From Gekko japonicus (taxonomy: Eukaryota): a DNA stretch of 64,000 nt. The translations under genes were made by a program, and so were the position numbers. The notes under the pieces are model-generated. The model was given only the letters and a program-made list of their open reading frames with translations, did not search any database and was not told the origin of the DNA. This document shows positions 37,301 through 52,300 of the stretch, piece by piece. Position 1 is the stretch's first letter, and every line of letters starts with the position of its first letter. The stretch lies in the NCBI RefSeq assembly GCF_001447785.1, contig NW_015165833.1, forward strand, positions 368,382 through 432,381, read 5' to 3'.

Positions 37301-40300
37301 TTCTTCCTCAGCCCTCATGTCTTAGGGCTGTCTGACAGGCATAGACTAGTGCAGGGGTGGCTAAACTTGCTTAATGTAAGAGCCACATAGAATAAATGTC
37401 AGATATTTGACAGCTGCAAAACATGAGCAAATATTACACACACATTTTTATTGAAAAAATAGAAAATTTCTTTTTATTAACATTAAGTGAGACTGCCAAA
37501 AATAAAAACAAAAGGTAAAAACAGATATTGATAATGATATTTATTTGGTAGCTAATTATATTTATTTGGTAGCTAATTATATTTATTTTTTCAAAGAGAG
37601 AGTGAAAGAGAGAGAAGTGGAAAGAAAGCAACTTTAAATGTGTTCCCCAAGTCCCCCCACCCCACCCCCTGCACACACCCATGCCCGCCAGCTTGGCCTG
37701 GAGAAGAAATTTAAAGAGACAAATGCCTTCTCCAAGCTGGCTGGTAGGGGAGGGGGGCTTTGAGAATGCATTTAAAGTTAAAGTTGCTTTCTTTCTCTAT
37801 GCCTCCCCTTCGCTTTCCCAGCCACCTTGCCAGGAGCTGCACAATATGTTTGAAAGAGCCGCATGTGGCTCCCGAGCTGTAGTTTGGCCACCCCTGGGCT
37901 AGTGGGACAGCTGGAGAAGAGGCCTTTAGCATTGCTCAGTTGTTGAGGAGAGGTTGCCATCTGCTCCCCAAAAACTTGGATGCTGCTTCCCTCCCACCTG
38001 CAAGCAAGTTAATTTCATGCCCCATTGGGTGCCAGCACATACTCGGTACCCATGAGCAGGTGCTAAATGGAAGCAGCTTTGCTGTGTTTTCTCAAATCTC
38101 CTCTGAAAAGATGCCAACTGTGAAATGTGGAATATCTTAGCCATGTGTTTTTCAGAGGCTCAGCTCCATCACTTGGCATAGCCTGTGGAAAAACATCAGT
38201 CCTGAGTAACAGGCATTCTTGCCTTCACCTCTGGGACCTGTTGCCCTTTTGCCTGTCATGTGCCAAGGAACCTTCATTGTTTCCAGTTGTTCACGTAGAG
38301 GTGCTCTGCTTCTAGCATACTCCGGGTAGTGACCAAGCTATGTTTTGCTTGTTGTGCTGGGTGTGTGGTGGATGCACCAGCTGAGAGCTCTGTCTCTCAG
38401 TGCTCACTTGTGTGATTGACAGGACATGCTGTTTATGGTTCGGAGGGGCCTAGTCAGGCTCCCCAAATTCTGTTCCATGCCTCTAGCAACAAGTAAGGCA
38501 GTTGTCCAATGGATGAGCAGATTTCCTTTCTGAACCAGCTACGTCTATAGGATTGGAGTGAATGAAAATGTTCTTCTGTCATCTCCAATGTTCTAACCTG
38601 AAACCTTATTCTACCTTTTGGCAACCTTTTAACGCTGGAGATATTTTATGGTATATTCTTTTACATTCACCTAATGTGGATAGCTGCTGGTTTTCCCAGG
38701 TAGGAAAGCTTAGAGATGCTTATTTTGCCTAAACCAAAATTGCTGTAATACTCCGAAGATGAAAAAAGAGGACAGAAAACTGTATGCAAGCTTATGAGTT
38801 CTCTGGAATTATTCTTTGGATGTTAAAAAAAAAAAATAAAGTGGTGCATAAGAACATAAGAGACGCCAGTGTTGGTTCAGGCCAAAGGCCCATCCAGTCC
38901 AACACTCTGTATCACACAGTGGCCAGAAATACCAGTGCCATCAGGAGGTCCACCAGTGGGGCCAGTACATTAGAAGCCCTCCCACTGTTGACTCCCCCCC
39001 AAGCACCAAGAAGACAGAGCATCACTTGCCCCAGAGCCCCTATCTATACCTTGTGGCTAATAGCCACTGATGGACCTCTGCTCCATATGCTTGTCTAATT
39101 CCCTTTTGAAGCCGTCCATGCTTGTAGCCGTCACCACTTCCTGTGGCAGTGAATTCCATGTGTTAATCACTCTTTGGGTGAAGAAGTACTTCCTTTTATC
39201 CGTTCTAACCCGACCGCTCAGCAATTTCATGGAGTGCCCACGGGTTCTTGTATTGTGAGAAAGGGAGAAAAGTACCTCTTTCTTTACCTGCTCTTTCCCA
39301 TGCATAATCTTATAAACCTCGATCATGTCACCCCTCAGTCGTCTTTTCTCCAAGCTAAAGAGCCCTAAGCGCTTTAACCTTTCCTCATAGGGAAAGTGTT
39401 CCAACCCTTTTATCATTCGAGTTGCCCTTTTCTGCACTTTTTCCAAAGCTATAATATCCTTTTTAAGGTGTGTTGACCAGAACTGCACACAGTATTCCAA
39501 ATGAGGTCGCACCATTGATTTATATAGGGGCATTATGATATTGGCTGGTCTGTTTTCACTACCCTTCCTAATAATCCCCAGCATAGCATTGGCCTTTTTT
39601 ATTGGAGTCACACACTGTCTCGACATTTTCAGTGAGTTATCTACTACAACTCCAAGATCTCTCTCTAGCACAGTCATTTAGAGTGTCTAGAAACTCAATC
39701 TCTTTTTCTCGACTAGAACACATATTGACCCAATCAATGTGTGGGTAGTTAAAATCACCTATTACGACACAATTGTTTCATCTAGCTGCTATCTTTAATT
39801 CATTCATCATTTTATAATCCTCCTTTATCTTTTGATCTGGTGGGCGATAACAAACTCCCAAGCTTCCTTTTGGGCCCACTATTTCAACCCATAACATTTC
39901 CAGAAGCGAATCCAATTCTCTTAGCCTCTCAATCTTTCTGGACTTTATACCCTCTCTGACATACAGAGCCACCCCACCTCCAACCCCCCCCCCCATCCTT
40001 CTGAGATATAACCGGGAATCACTGTGTCCCGCTGATTTTCCTCATCCCACCAAGTTTCTGAAATACCCACAATGTCTTATTTTTCCCTCCAACACCAAGC
40101 ACTCCAACTCCCCGATTTTACCTCGTACACTTCTAGCATTTGTATAGAAACAGCTATAATTTCCCATACACGTTAAGCCTGCAACCTTCCTCTTGCTATC
40201 TCGAGACCTTGTCAGGCAGTCCATGTCACTAGCCATGGTCTCAGTGGACAATTTCAATCCACCTCCCTGTTGGTGCGGTGAAGAAGTTATTTCAGACCAT

Positions 40301-43300
40301 GAACTTGAGGTAGGCCCTTACTCTGCTCCTGTTGGAGAGTCATGAAGACTTAGGTGGCACTGAGGCATGGGGCAAAGTTGGCACTGGGCATTCTTGGCCC
40401 TGTGGGGAAAAGTCAGTGAGAACAACAGCAGCCTCCGCTGTGAGTATAAAAATGAGTAGTTACTCACCAGTTCTTTTAAAGACATTTAACACATCTAGGT
40501 ATTATTTATTTAAAACATTTTTATCATCCTTATCTCCTTGGACTTGAGGTGGTGAACAATGTAGCAGCCAAGTTGCAAGAACATAAATAGTCCAGTTAAC
40601 AAAATTAAAGCAGATTAAAATACACAGTTTACTAATCTAAAAGCGTTCAGACTTCAAACACATAGGATCAACAAACCTTCAGCCAAATCTTCTGAAAAAT
40701 TCACCATCCACCAAATGCTCTCTGGAATAAGACTGACTTACATGCCCTTGTAAATGTGGTGAAAGAAGGTGCCATCCTCTCCCAACTGTGGCAGACCATT
40801 CTAAAGAAAAGAAAAGGCCCAGGGTCTCACTGTCACCATGAGACAGTCCTAAAGGAGGGTACCTTAAGGAGGAGGCTGTCTGGACAATGTAAGTGGCAGA
40901 GGGATATGCTGGGAGATGCAAATTAAGAGCCTTTGGCCATGAGGGGCTTTTAAGATAATAACCAGGACTTTGAATTGGGCCTGGAAGCAGATAGGTAGCT
41001 GGTCCAGCAAAATCTTCAAGGGTGTGACTTTGAATAGTTGTCACAATTCTCGAACAACTTTCCTCACACCTTAATCTGTAGGTAATTGGTCTTAGGAAGC
41101 CTCAACCAAGAAAAGATGGCCGATAGTTCCTGAATTATAGTAAGGCAGCCCCCAGCACATGTGCCGACAGGGGCCTACGGGGCCAAGAGTGTCTCATACC
41201 AACTCTTAAGTCTGCATGGGTCTCCAACAAAAGCAGGCTAACATCCAGCCTTGTAAAGGGTTTTGAAAGGCTTGAAAACTGGTGCACTATTTTGTGTCAT
41301 TTTAATTGGCCTTTACAAAGGGTGCTATGTGACTTTTGTTTTCATATTTTTTTCCTTTGACCTGTGTAGCTACTTCACTTTACTTGGATCTTGGAATTCA
41401 CATCTCCCATATCCAAGGCCAGCTTTGTTTTATCCTTAGGAACAATCGTGGGAAGTTGATCCGGCCACTCCAGTTCCAGTCCACAGTGGCACCAGGCACA
41501 GTGGCAAGAGTGGAGCCCAACATCAAGTGGTTTGGTGAGTCCATCTGCAGCCTTCCTGTCTCCTGATTTTCCTGGAATGGGTTTCTGAGCGGCACTGGGC
41601 AGCCTCTGGTGTCTTACAGCTGAGCTGGGAGCAGGTGGGAATGGTTGGCCAGAACGTCAGGCCACCCAGAACGCTGCAGGTCTAGTGAGTAGGTGCATTT
41701 GTGGACTGTTTCTCACCACTACTGTTTCAAGTAGCAGCAGACACCAGAGTGGCTCTGAGGTGTGCCTTTTTATGGCTGTCGCCCAATGCAGGAAACACTC
41801 GTGTGATCAAGCAGTCATCCCTCCAGAAATTTCAAGAGGAGATGGAGACTGTGATGAAGGACCCCTACAGAGTGGTCATGAAGCGGAGTAAGCTGCCTAT
41901 GTCCCTCCTCCATGACCGAATTAAGCCTCACGTGAGTCTTCTAGTCATTTCTTGAAGCTAGCTGAAATGCTGTTTTTCAAGAGTATCCAAAGTGTGGGGT
42001 TCATCTGGAGGGGACTCTTGGGTTGCATTTACATACATGAGTGCTCTCTTATTATGAAATTAGAATCCGTTCAGTTACAAATAAGGAAAGTCCTAGTGGA
42101 GGGGCATGATTTTGCTTTGCAAAGGAAGAAACATGGTCTAGTTTTCCCGCTGTGCTACATTTGTGGTGTAAAGAAGAACAATAGCCAGTTTTTATAAAGC
42201 TTCACTGCCTGAAGGAGATGCAGAGTTTTCACGTGACCAGGCAAGTGGCTAATCACAAGTCCGGTGCAAGCCACCTTTCTGTGCAGTTTTTCAGAATGAT
42301 GTATCAACCAAGTGCGGTTTGTCTTTCTGTAAATCTCTTCTGAGGCTCTTTCCCGAGTCTTCCCAGGACTCGGTTGCTCTCAGTGCTGCAGGAAGTGGTT
42401 GGTGACTTCTTTATTGGAGTCATTATTTATCTGTCATGTTTCTCTCACACCTTTCTACAGTGCAATATTTAAGGCAAATCCACAATATGTATTGCTGATG
42501 CGTGTGTTTTTATGGTTTTCTCTTGGGCTGGGATGTGGTTTCTGTACCTGAACTGCAGCTATCTGTAAATCCTTGCCAGGATTGGGTAACCCTGGTGGCA
42601 CTCAACTGGACGAGGCCCCCAGTTGCCCTTGTGTTAGATGCTTACAGTGTGCATTCAGAGGGGATTCACTTTCCTTGGCAAGGATTCCCAGAAGGACTTG
42701 TCTCTTGGTTTCCATCAGGCATTAAAGGTGGGGGCGATGTTGGCTTTGCTAAATCCAGCCCCCAAGTATGTGCGTTTTGCTCTAGCTTTGGTTCCCCCCC
42801 CCCTTTTGATTTCTTGGGCTCCCACTGGATGCCTTTGTTTTCTCAGGAGTTTCCATGTGTCTCTAATAAAACAAAACATTCCAAATTAAGAAAAGGGTTC
42901 TCTGTAACTTGAGCGCACATCACAACATGATCCATTTCTCCTAGCTGCAGAAGATACAATTCCCTGGAAAAGGGCTGGGGCTCGCAGCTGGCCTTTCAAA
43001 AAAACTTCCAAATGTGAGCCAGACTATCCTTAACAAATCTGCTTTTTGGCAGGATCTGGAGCCTCATTGATGAAGCAAAGGAGCCAGCAGAGATAACAGT
43101 TGGATTTTGTTTGTGTGGTTTTGATGTTGTTGGACTTGGGTTAATGAGCAGAGCATGGGTGCCTGGCAAAGGGAGGCCCGGTATGGGTTTGCTGTGCCGC
43201 TGCTTTGGCATTGAAGCCCTTCTCGTATGGAAGCTCCAGGGGTATAATTGGATGTACTGTCCTGTCCCGATGCAGTGAGCTCAAGAGGAATTGGTGTGCA

Positions 43301-46300
43301 AACTCTCCCTACCCTTCTCTGCTTTTCAGAATTCCAAAGTTCACATTCTTGACACAGAAACCTTTGAAATGACATTTGGCCCTAAATCGCTCAGGAAGCG
43401 GCCAAATCTCTCGGCGAGTGATGTGCAGTCGCTGCTGGAAAACGCTGCAGCCGGGGCCAGCAGCTATGACAAAGACAAGGACCGGGATTTAGTGGTGGAG
43501 GATACGGGAGTAAGGTAAGGAACTGGAGCTGGAGAAGTAGAACTCTCCCCCCTGTTTCCTTATTTACAAATTTGGTATGGCTTGAGTCAGTAATATGGGA
43601 GATGGAGCTCAAGGAAATGCATTGGTTGCCCCACCCAAAGGGGGTGGGCCCTAATCCTGTGTAGCAATGGGGAATTTGTGTCCTCCAAAGTCATGCTGAA
43701 TCCCTTCCTCCCAAGGGCTAGTGGCCTCTTTTCAGGGCGTTTTGTTATATGCCCCTTTAATGTCATTACACAGCCTTCATCTCTTTGCAGCCAGTTGTGC
43801 AAAGATGGACAGCCCTGAGTGGAAACACACACCTTGTTTTGAGCATGTCTGTTTTTTGCTGCATCTCCAAGGCTGCAATTATTGCTTTGTATGGGGGACC
43901 TCACCTTTCTGCAATGGGAGAAGACTAGTTTGCCCCACACAGGTGTCATGTCGTTTCTGTGCTCCCAGGTGGGAGAGGTGCCTCAAATCCAAGGGATGGT
44001 TGCTTTGACCTGGCCTCCAGCAAGTGTGGCATGGGCAGAGATGTGAAGGTCTGGGGGAAATTAGGCAAATACATTTTTGTCCAAGGTTCCTCCCCCTTCG
44101 GCTTTTCTGAAGGGAAATTTGGAAGATGCTCTGAAGAAGAAAACCTCCTTTGAAATGAGTGAAATGCATTTAAACACAGTTTTATTCAGTGTATATCATG
44201 AAAATGTCTGAAGCACTGAACAAAACGGGTATATATGTATGTGGACGTATACAGAATTCCTTTTGGACTGAGTGAAATATGTCAAGATAGCAGAGGACAT
44301 TTCAGCTGTCTCAAGTTTACTTGTAGCTTGGCTTGTAGAAAACTGGGGCTTTTATTTTCAAATTCTGTAAATATACCAAGTAGAATAATGTCTGTGCTAG
44401 CCAAATTATAAACAAATTATGTTGTTGAAGCAGGAGAATAGGTTTGGTTTTGATAGGAAAGGGAATTTTATATCTCTAGGTGGGAGGTGGGCTTTGAGTT
44501 GCTGACCTTTTCATTTGCCCCTTTGTAGGGAAGAGGCCCAAGAGGAGATATACAAGAAGGGGCAGTCCAAGCGGATCTGGGGAGAGCTTTACAAGGTGTG
44601 GATGTGAAATGGGGAAGCCGTGTAGCTTTCTGCTTCCCTAGGGCTTTGTGGAACTACAGTTGCCGCTTTGGATCAGCTGATTATCCTGAGCAGCCTCTGG
44701 AAAGACTGCCCTGGTCTGTATTCTGCTGCTTGACCCTTTTAGAAAGCCTGCAGCTGGCTGGCCTCCTGGACTGCAGGGAGGCATATTGGTTCCTGTGTCA
44801 GCACTGAGTGACAGCCTGTCAGGGAAAAGCCTGGCTGCTGGCCATCGCGGAACCTGCTCAGGCACTCCGTCTTCTGAGCAGCTGCTGCCTCCCTTCTGTC
44901 ACCTCCCCTTCTTGCACCGCATACAGTGGCCCTCTCTCTTAAGCATCTGCTGGGATGGGGAAGTGGGCAGGTGCGAAGACCGGGGGGGAGAGAGATGGGC
45001 TGGGCTTCTCAGCAGTGAAACACAACCCACTATTTCTGGGGATCGTTGTGGAAAGAGGTCGGGACTTGGAAAGGAATCCTGCCAACCTTCTGCTTTTGGA
45101 AAGCTGCTGGCTGGGTTTTCTGACTGGGAAACGCCACACAATGCAGCAGTACTGTCTGTTGTGATACTCTTACATCCCCACCACCACCACCACCCTTTTC
45201 TTTGCTTTCAGGCTTCTGGGCCATGGCTACTCTTTTGAGAGAGCTACTTTGTTGGACCCTGACCTGGATAGCCCAGGCTAGCCCAATCTCGGAAACTAAG
45301 CTGGGTCAGCCCTGGTTAGTATTTGGATGGGAGACCACCAAGGAAAGCCAGGGTTGCTGTGCAGAGGCAGGCAATGGCAAAACCACCTCTGCATATATCT
45401 CTTGCCATGGAAACCCTGCGGGGCTGCCGCACGTTGGCTGTGACTTGACAGCACTTTCCACCACACCTTTTTGTTGGAGGACTCTGATCATGATAAAACA
45501 GCCTAAGAAGTCCCACTGTCTGATGGGTGTGCCCCAGCCTGGAGAACCAGGGGGCTCTTCCATTCCTAGTCCTTTCTCATTAACACTACAGTCATGAACT
45601 TGTTTCACTGTAATGCGACTGTGGCTAAGGCTTGAGGGAGGTGGAGGCTGGCTGCACTGTGGGATGGACAGAGTGGTCAAAGCCAGCCTCTTGCAGTGGG
45701 GGAGAAACAGGGCGTGTGATGCCTGTCTTCTGCGGAGATCTGCCTGGCAGGCTGTGAGGGCCCACCCTTTCTCTCTTGACTGCCAGGTGATTGATTCATC
45801 AGACGTCGTGGTGCAGGTGCTGGATGCGAGAGACCCAATGGGAACCCGCTCCCCACATGTGGAGAGCTACCTGAAGAAGGAAAAAGCCTGGAAGCATCTC
45901 ATTTTTGTCTTGAACAAATGTGATCTTGTGCCTACGTGGGCCACGGTAGGTCCCCAGCATCTTGCTACAGGAGGACACATGCTCCTATACTTGCTGCCAC
46001 TGCCAGGAAAACACTGTGTGCTTTGGGACCTATCTGCTCAAAGCGGCTTCCTGGACAGCAAAGCCCTAGCTGGGGTGATTTCTGTGAATTGGAATGGGTG
46101 GCTTTGGCTTGGCAGCAGTTTTCATTGGAGCCACTGGACTCTCCATGGCCTGAGAATGCAGCCTTTTGTGGGCTGAAGGGCTTCCTGAAGGAAAGTTGTT
46201 GAATGACAGGCTGTGCTCTCTTCCAGAGACGCTGGGTGGCCCTTCTTTCCCAGGAGTATCCCACCTTGGCCTTCCACGCAAGCCTCACAAACCCCTTTGG

Positions 46301-49300
46301 AAAAGGAGCCTTCATCCAGCTTCTGAGACAGTTTGGCAAGGTATGGTATGTCTCCATGCTGATGAGGTGCTGGCTTTGCAGGGAAACCTTCATTTGTGGA
46401 GGGATGGCCTGAATCTTCCATTGAGACACAGGGAAGAAGCATATACTCTCTCAAGGCTCGGCAATCGTTAGCAAATGTGGTGTGCTGGTTGTCTTGGGAA
46501 CCTGACTGGGAACCTGTCAAACCAAGCCTGAGAAATGCCAGCCCCCCCCCCCCCCCCCCCCCCGCCCCCCACCTCATCAGAAGGGAGAGGAGGGATGGCC
46601 AGACATGTGCATTCCTGGACTGGCTGAGCTCCTGCCTTCAAGCCCCTGAAGCCTCCCTGGCCTTCCCTTCTCCCACTGCCAGTGCTACAGGAGTGCCAGC
46701 ATCTTCTTTTGTGTTCTGTGTGCAGCGTAACTGTGCTCCTACTGCTCACTTGTAGGCAGAGGCACGCTCGGGCTGGGTACAGAGAGATCCAAGTTGATGC
46801 AGCAAACAGGCTTTCTCTCCTGCTTGTCTTTTCCCATCCTCTCATGGAAAGTGCAGGGCGGTGATGCATGGGAGACACAGTGGGCACAAGCCTACGAGGC
46901 CTTAGGCTCCTTTCCAACAACCAACTTTATACTCTGCTTCCCTTCACAGTGCATTCTATGGAGAAACTGGTTGATTGCAACTACCCTTATTTCTATTCAA
47001 CCATTTTTTAACACTTCAAAGTGGCACATGTGGCTCCCTCCCTCCCCCTTTTTATCCCCACAACAACTGTATGAGGTAAATCAGCAGAGAGAGACCGGCC
47101 CAAGACCACCAAGTGAGCTTCGTGGCTGAGGAGAGATTTGAACTCGAGTCTCCCTGCCTGTAACCCAATACTCTAATCGTTCCTCTTCTGGGATGCCTAC
47201 GGCATGCCTTTGAGGTGTGTTTCTCTGTGTGTGTTTCTGAACAGCTGCACGTGGATAAGAAGCAGATCAGTGTGGGCTTCATTGGCTATCCCAATGTGGG
47301 AAAGAGCTCAGTGATCAACACGCTGCGCTCCAAGAAGGTCTGCAATGTAGCTCCTATTGCTGGCGAAACCAAGGTGGGTGAATTGGGCAAGCCTCACTGT
47401 AGTGGGGTCAAGCTTAATCTCTGACAGAACCAGTGCTAAGATGACGTAGCTGTGGGATGGGGAAGGTATTGTGAGTGTGAGAAGACCAGGCAAACGAGCT
47501 TGGCATGGACAGGCACAAAAATCAGCCCCTGATAAGGAAGGGATGTAGCAGGCCTAATAGCCCAGGCTTGCCTGATCTCATCAGCGCTTGGACGTTAAGC
47601 AAGGTTGATAGTTGGATGGGAGACCATGAAGGAAGACCGGGGCTGCTATGCAGAGGCGGGCAATGGCAAACCACCTCCGCTCATCTCTGGAAAACCCCAC
47701 GAGATGGAACTTAATGGGGTTGCCATTAATCAGTTGTGAATCGATGGCATAGGTAACCTTAGGAAAGAGATCTCTCTTTTCCCACTGGTTTAGAGCAAGT
47801 GACAATATTTCTGGAACTCAAAGCCTTGAGAAAGTAGTAAATTAGCCTGTGAGAAAGTGAATCTTATAGCAGAACCCTTGCTGGGGCCTGCCTGCCTACC
47901 TTTCCCTCTCCTTAAGGTATCCAGGCTTCCCCATGGCCACTTCCTTCCCAGTTTAAGGGACCTTTTCCTTACCTGCCAGCTGAATCCTGCCTTTTCCTCC
48001 ACAGGTGTGGCAGTACATCACTTTGATGCGCCGCATATTCCTTATTGATTGTCCAGGAGTGGTGTATCCATCAGGAGACACAGAAACTGACATTGTGCTG
48101 AAAGGAGTGGTGAGTGTTGAGACTTCTTGAGGCTCGGGAGCTAAGTCAGGTCTGTTGGGCAGAAGACTTGTATATTTCAGGATGAAGATGGTGAAGAGAC
48201 TGGGATACCTTCACAAAGATTTCTTGCCCCTTGATGCAGTAGGGTGCCATGGCAGCTGATAAAGATGCAGCCTTCTAAGGAAACCTGCCCATCTCCCCTC
48301 CCGGAGTCTGTTCTTGCATCCGTTCTTGAATGGATTTGCTGCACAAGCCCTGGGGGTGGGATGGAATGCATTCTAATTTCCTGGTTCTTTCCAGGTTCAA
48401 GTTGAAAAAATCAAATGTCCAGAAGATCATATTGCCACAGTGCTGGAGCGAGCCAAGCCAGAGTACATCAGCAAAACCTACAAAGTAGACTCCTGGGAAA
48501 ATGCGGAGGATTTCCTTGAGAAGCTGGCTGCTAAGACTGGGAAGCTGCTGAAGGTGAAGGAGATGGACTTTTCTTCCAGGGGCGCAGCGGGTTGTGGTGT
48601 GGAAGACTGCCAGGGAGGAGGTGGAGTCTGTTCCGAGGCCATAATCTGAGTGGGGTGGAGAGCAGACTGGAAGTGATGTTAGGAGGGAGGTATTTCAACA
48701 GAGGGAGAGGAGCAGGCAGGCAGGCACTCTCTAAGCGAGAGCTGGGCTACTGTCTGGTTCCAGGAATCCAGCAAAGTTGCAGGCCAGGACTGAAAAAAGA
48801 AAAGAATACTTACGGGAACGGCGTGGCTTCTTGGAGAAGAATCCACTCCCCACAATGGTCCTGTAGCCATGGCCCAGTGCCTCGCTGGATTCGTGGGACC
48901 CAAAAGGGATTCTCTTCCCCGCATTTGTTCTGCCTTTGCTCCTCGGTATGTCTGTTGGTTCAGTGGGGTTGAAAGAGCACTCCTGTCGTTTCAGGGGGGA
49001 GAGCCCGACGTGCGCACTGTGAGCAAGATGGTGCTAAATGATTGGCAAAGGGGCCGAATTCCTTTCTTTGTGAAGCCCCCAAATATGGAGCAGGGCCCTC
49101 AGGTAAGGCGGTGCATGCAAAGGAAAAAATTGCACACTCAGCAGTTATTTTATTATTCATTCATTTGTACTCCGCTTTTCTTCCCAGTGAGACCCAAAGC
49201 TCTGCTCTCCTCCATTTTCTCCCTATAACCCTGTGAGGCTGGTTAAGGTGAGAGGGTGACTGGCCCAGTCTCACCCAGCAGGCTTCCATGGCATGAGAGG

Positions 49301-52300
49301 GGAATCGGGCCTGGGTCTCCCAGGAACTGGTCCGCCACTCTAACACCAGACCACACTGTCTCTCACAGTTAGAACTGGGCATGTAGTTGATGATGTGACA
49401 AGAGGAACAGGATCAGCTTGACAGCAAACATCATTTGAGCAAACCTGGCAGCAACCAAGCTGGCTTATGGATGACTGCTGGCCAGTGACCCTTCCAGGTC
49501 TAACCTTTGGATAAAGAGGACAGGATAGAAGGGGATGGCTTCCACCGCTACCACTCTGGTCCCTATGCTTCCCTGCTGAAACTGCTCCCACTTCTTTAGA
49601 AGTAGCTCAAGGTCTTCTGTGATTGACTGCGGTAGTTGTCTAAGCAACATGAGGGCCCGTTCAGATTTTTAAAAATTTCCCAAGCTCTCAAGTCCTCACC
49701 TTCTCCGTGCATCAGACCTCTCCTTTTTTATATATATAATCTATTTATTAATTTTCCAAACAAACGAACAAGACACAAGAAAATACAAATACATGTTTTA
49801 GGCACATCTACAAAACCATACCATACTTATTAAATTCATTAATCTCTTATAGATAATATTAGTTCCAATATAATTTCAGATCGTGCATTTCAAACCTTTT
49901 TGCTCCCGTATTATATCTGGTAACTTTTTCAGATTATCTAACATGAAGCCAAAGACCAAAGATTTAAACAGCTAATTATCCCCATACCCCATACCATTAT
50001 TTAGATTAATCACCATCCTAATTCCAATTATAGTTCCTTTAATATTCCATTGATATGCCTTCTTTTCTTCATCATTCAAGTTTTTATCTCAATCCGCTAA
50101 CTATGAATATGCAATAAAGACACAATTACTTCTTAAAAATCAAATTATAACTAGAAATTATTATCACAAATTAACACAGTACCCCCTATTATACCCTCTT
50201 TAATTCATTAATTATGGAATGACCAGATTTTACACAAAAGTTTTAAATAGTCTACACCTTATTAAGATCACTCACTTACTACAACTCCAGAAATCAACAT
50301 TTTCCCACAGATTAAACTCTTTAAATACACAAAGTACAATTATATTCAAAACACATTTAAATCCCATTACCTAACTTATACTCTTTCCTAAGTGCCAAAT
50401 ATAACCCCAATCATCTAATTAATCCCATTTCACCTTCACTATTTCATTATAATCACTCTACAGTCCCCCAATTGCTGTGACACTACATATTACAAAGTTA
50501 CACATAGTCATCTTTCCTTTCTTTCACAACTATTATCTATTAAAGAGAAAGGATATTTATGCACAGATAAGTCTCTTGTCTCATATTCTTTCTCCATCTC
50601 TCTGTTGCCTCTTCTTCCTTCTCAACTTCCTTTAGATGTCTAAAATTCTTGAATTCCTGTGGACTCAAGTCCAATTTCTGCCTTCTCCATTTCCATAACT
50701 CAGTCGTCGTTCTTTTGTAACGTTCATTTTCTCATTATTTTCCTGCTCTGGATATAAAGCCTGTGGTCCTTCAAGCAGATTTTTAATTGTTTCTTCCAAA
50801 AACTTTTTGAATTGTTCACCAGTAATGTCTTCTATTTGTGTATTTAAATCTAGATTATCCTCATCCTCTGCTGCTGCCGCCGCCATTTTCACCTTAAGTA
50901 ACTTTCCCAAATATAGCCTTGTTAAACACCATTTACTTAAGTTCCCCAATCCTTTCGGCATAACATTCAGTAGATTTCTTTCACTTTTTCCACCACTCTT
51001 ACTCTAGGTGGCAAATACTTTAGAGTCAGGCATGCATTTTCTATTTCCTTGCCCCTCTTCTCCGTTTCTGTGCAACAGTCACTCCCCCTCACTTTTCATA
51101 GCCGCTTTCACACAATAATTGGGGATAACTAAAGGGGCGTTTTAAATCAGAGTCTCCAATATCTTGTATATATATATACGCGAAAAAATGACCAAAGTAC
51201 GATGTGCTACTTGCTTTAAATACTTTAAAACGGCTGGTCGCTGCTCTGGGAACACGGAAGCCATGTTCCTCCAAGTCTTCGTTCCTGCTTCGGGACAAAC
51301 CAGCGTCACCCCCCGCAATTGCCATCAACCGGGGGGGGGGGGCGGCAACGCCCCCTGCCACTTCGCCTCCCTCCAGGAAGCAAAGCAGAGCTCACCCGAT
51401 CGCTGGGTAGCTCCAAGGAGAACGAAGAGGAGACAGGTGGGTCGGAGACAATCCAAGACCTGTCCGTCCACAGCGCCGTTAAACCGGAAGTCCCCTTATT
51501 CAGACCTCTCCTTCTTAAGCATACCTGGCAAACTGTGGATGCCTCTGTGCTCCTATATCCTCAGAACAATATGGTGAAGACCATATTAATAATGTTTTAA
51601 AACTGGGAAAAACCCTCCGAGTTGCTCACAGAAATGAAAAAAGATGAGTTTCACATTAATACCCTTATTTCAGCTGAAAAACCTCATTAATGATTACTGT
51701 CTGTGGGTGCCAAGTGGCATCTCTCACTGGAAATTCTTGACACTGGATCAGTTCAATTTCATATCTAAGTAACTATGATGACTGCTGCTTTTTATTTTTA
51801 CGTCCAAGTTGCAGCCAACTTTTGGGGACCCTGTGGGGTTTTGAAGACAGGAGACATTCAGAGGTGGTTTGCCGTTGCCTGCTGCTGTGTCACGACCCTG
51901 GTATTCCTTGGTGCTACTCAGGCAATGGGTATGTTTTCTGGCTAGTGCTGTGACATGACGTGGAAGCTTGGTAGCTCTGGGTAGTAGCAACTTGAAAAGG
52001 GGAAGCAGATTCCATCCCCTGCCCAGAAACTTGACAGAGCTGTGCATTTACCTGAAGGGCATGAGAAGTGTTCTTCCTGTTCTTAGGATCCCTTGGAGTG
52101 CTGTTTCCAGACCACCAGAGGCCATAGATCTTGAATGGAGAAGTGCTAACCCAATAGAAGTCATTTCAGTGGGATGCTTTCCTGGTTGGATACTTCCCCA
52201 GGCTAGCCCGATCTCATCAGTTCTCGGAAGTGAAGCAGGGTCAGCCCTGGCTAGCATTTGGATGGGAGACCTCCGAGGAATACCAGGGTCATGATGCAGA

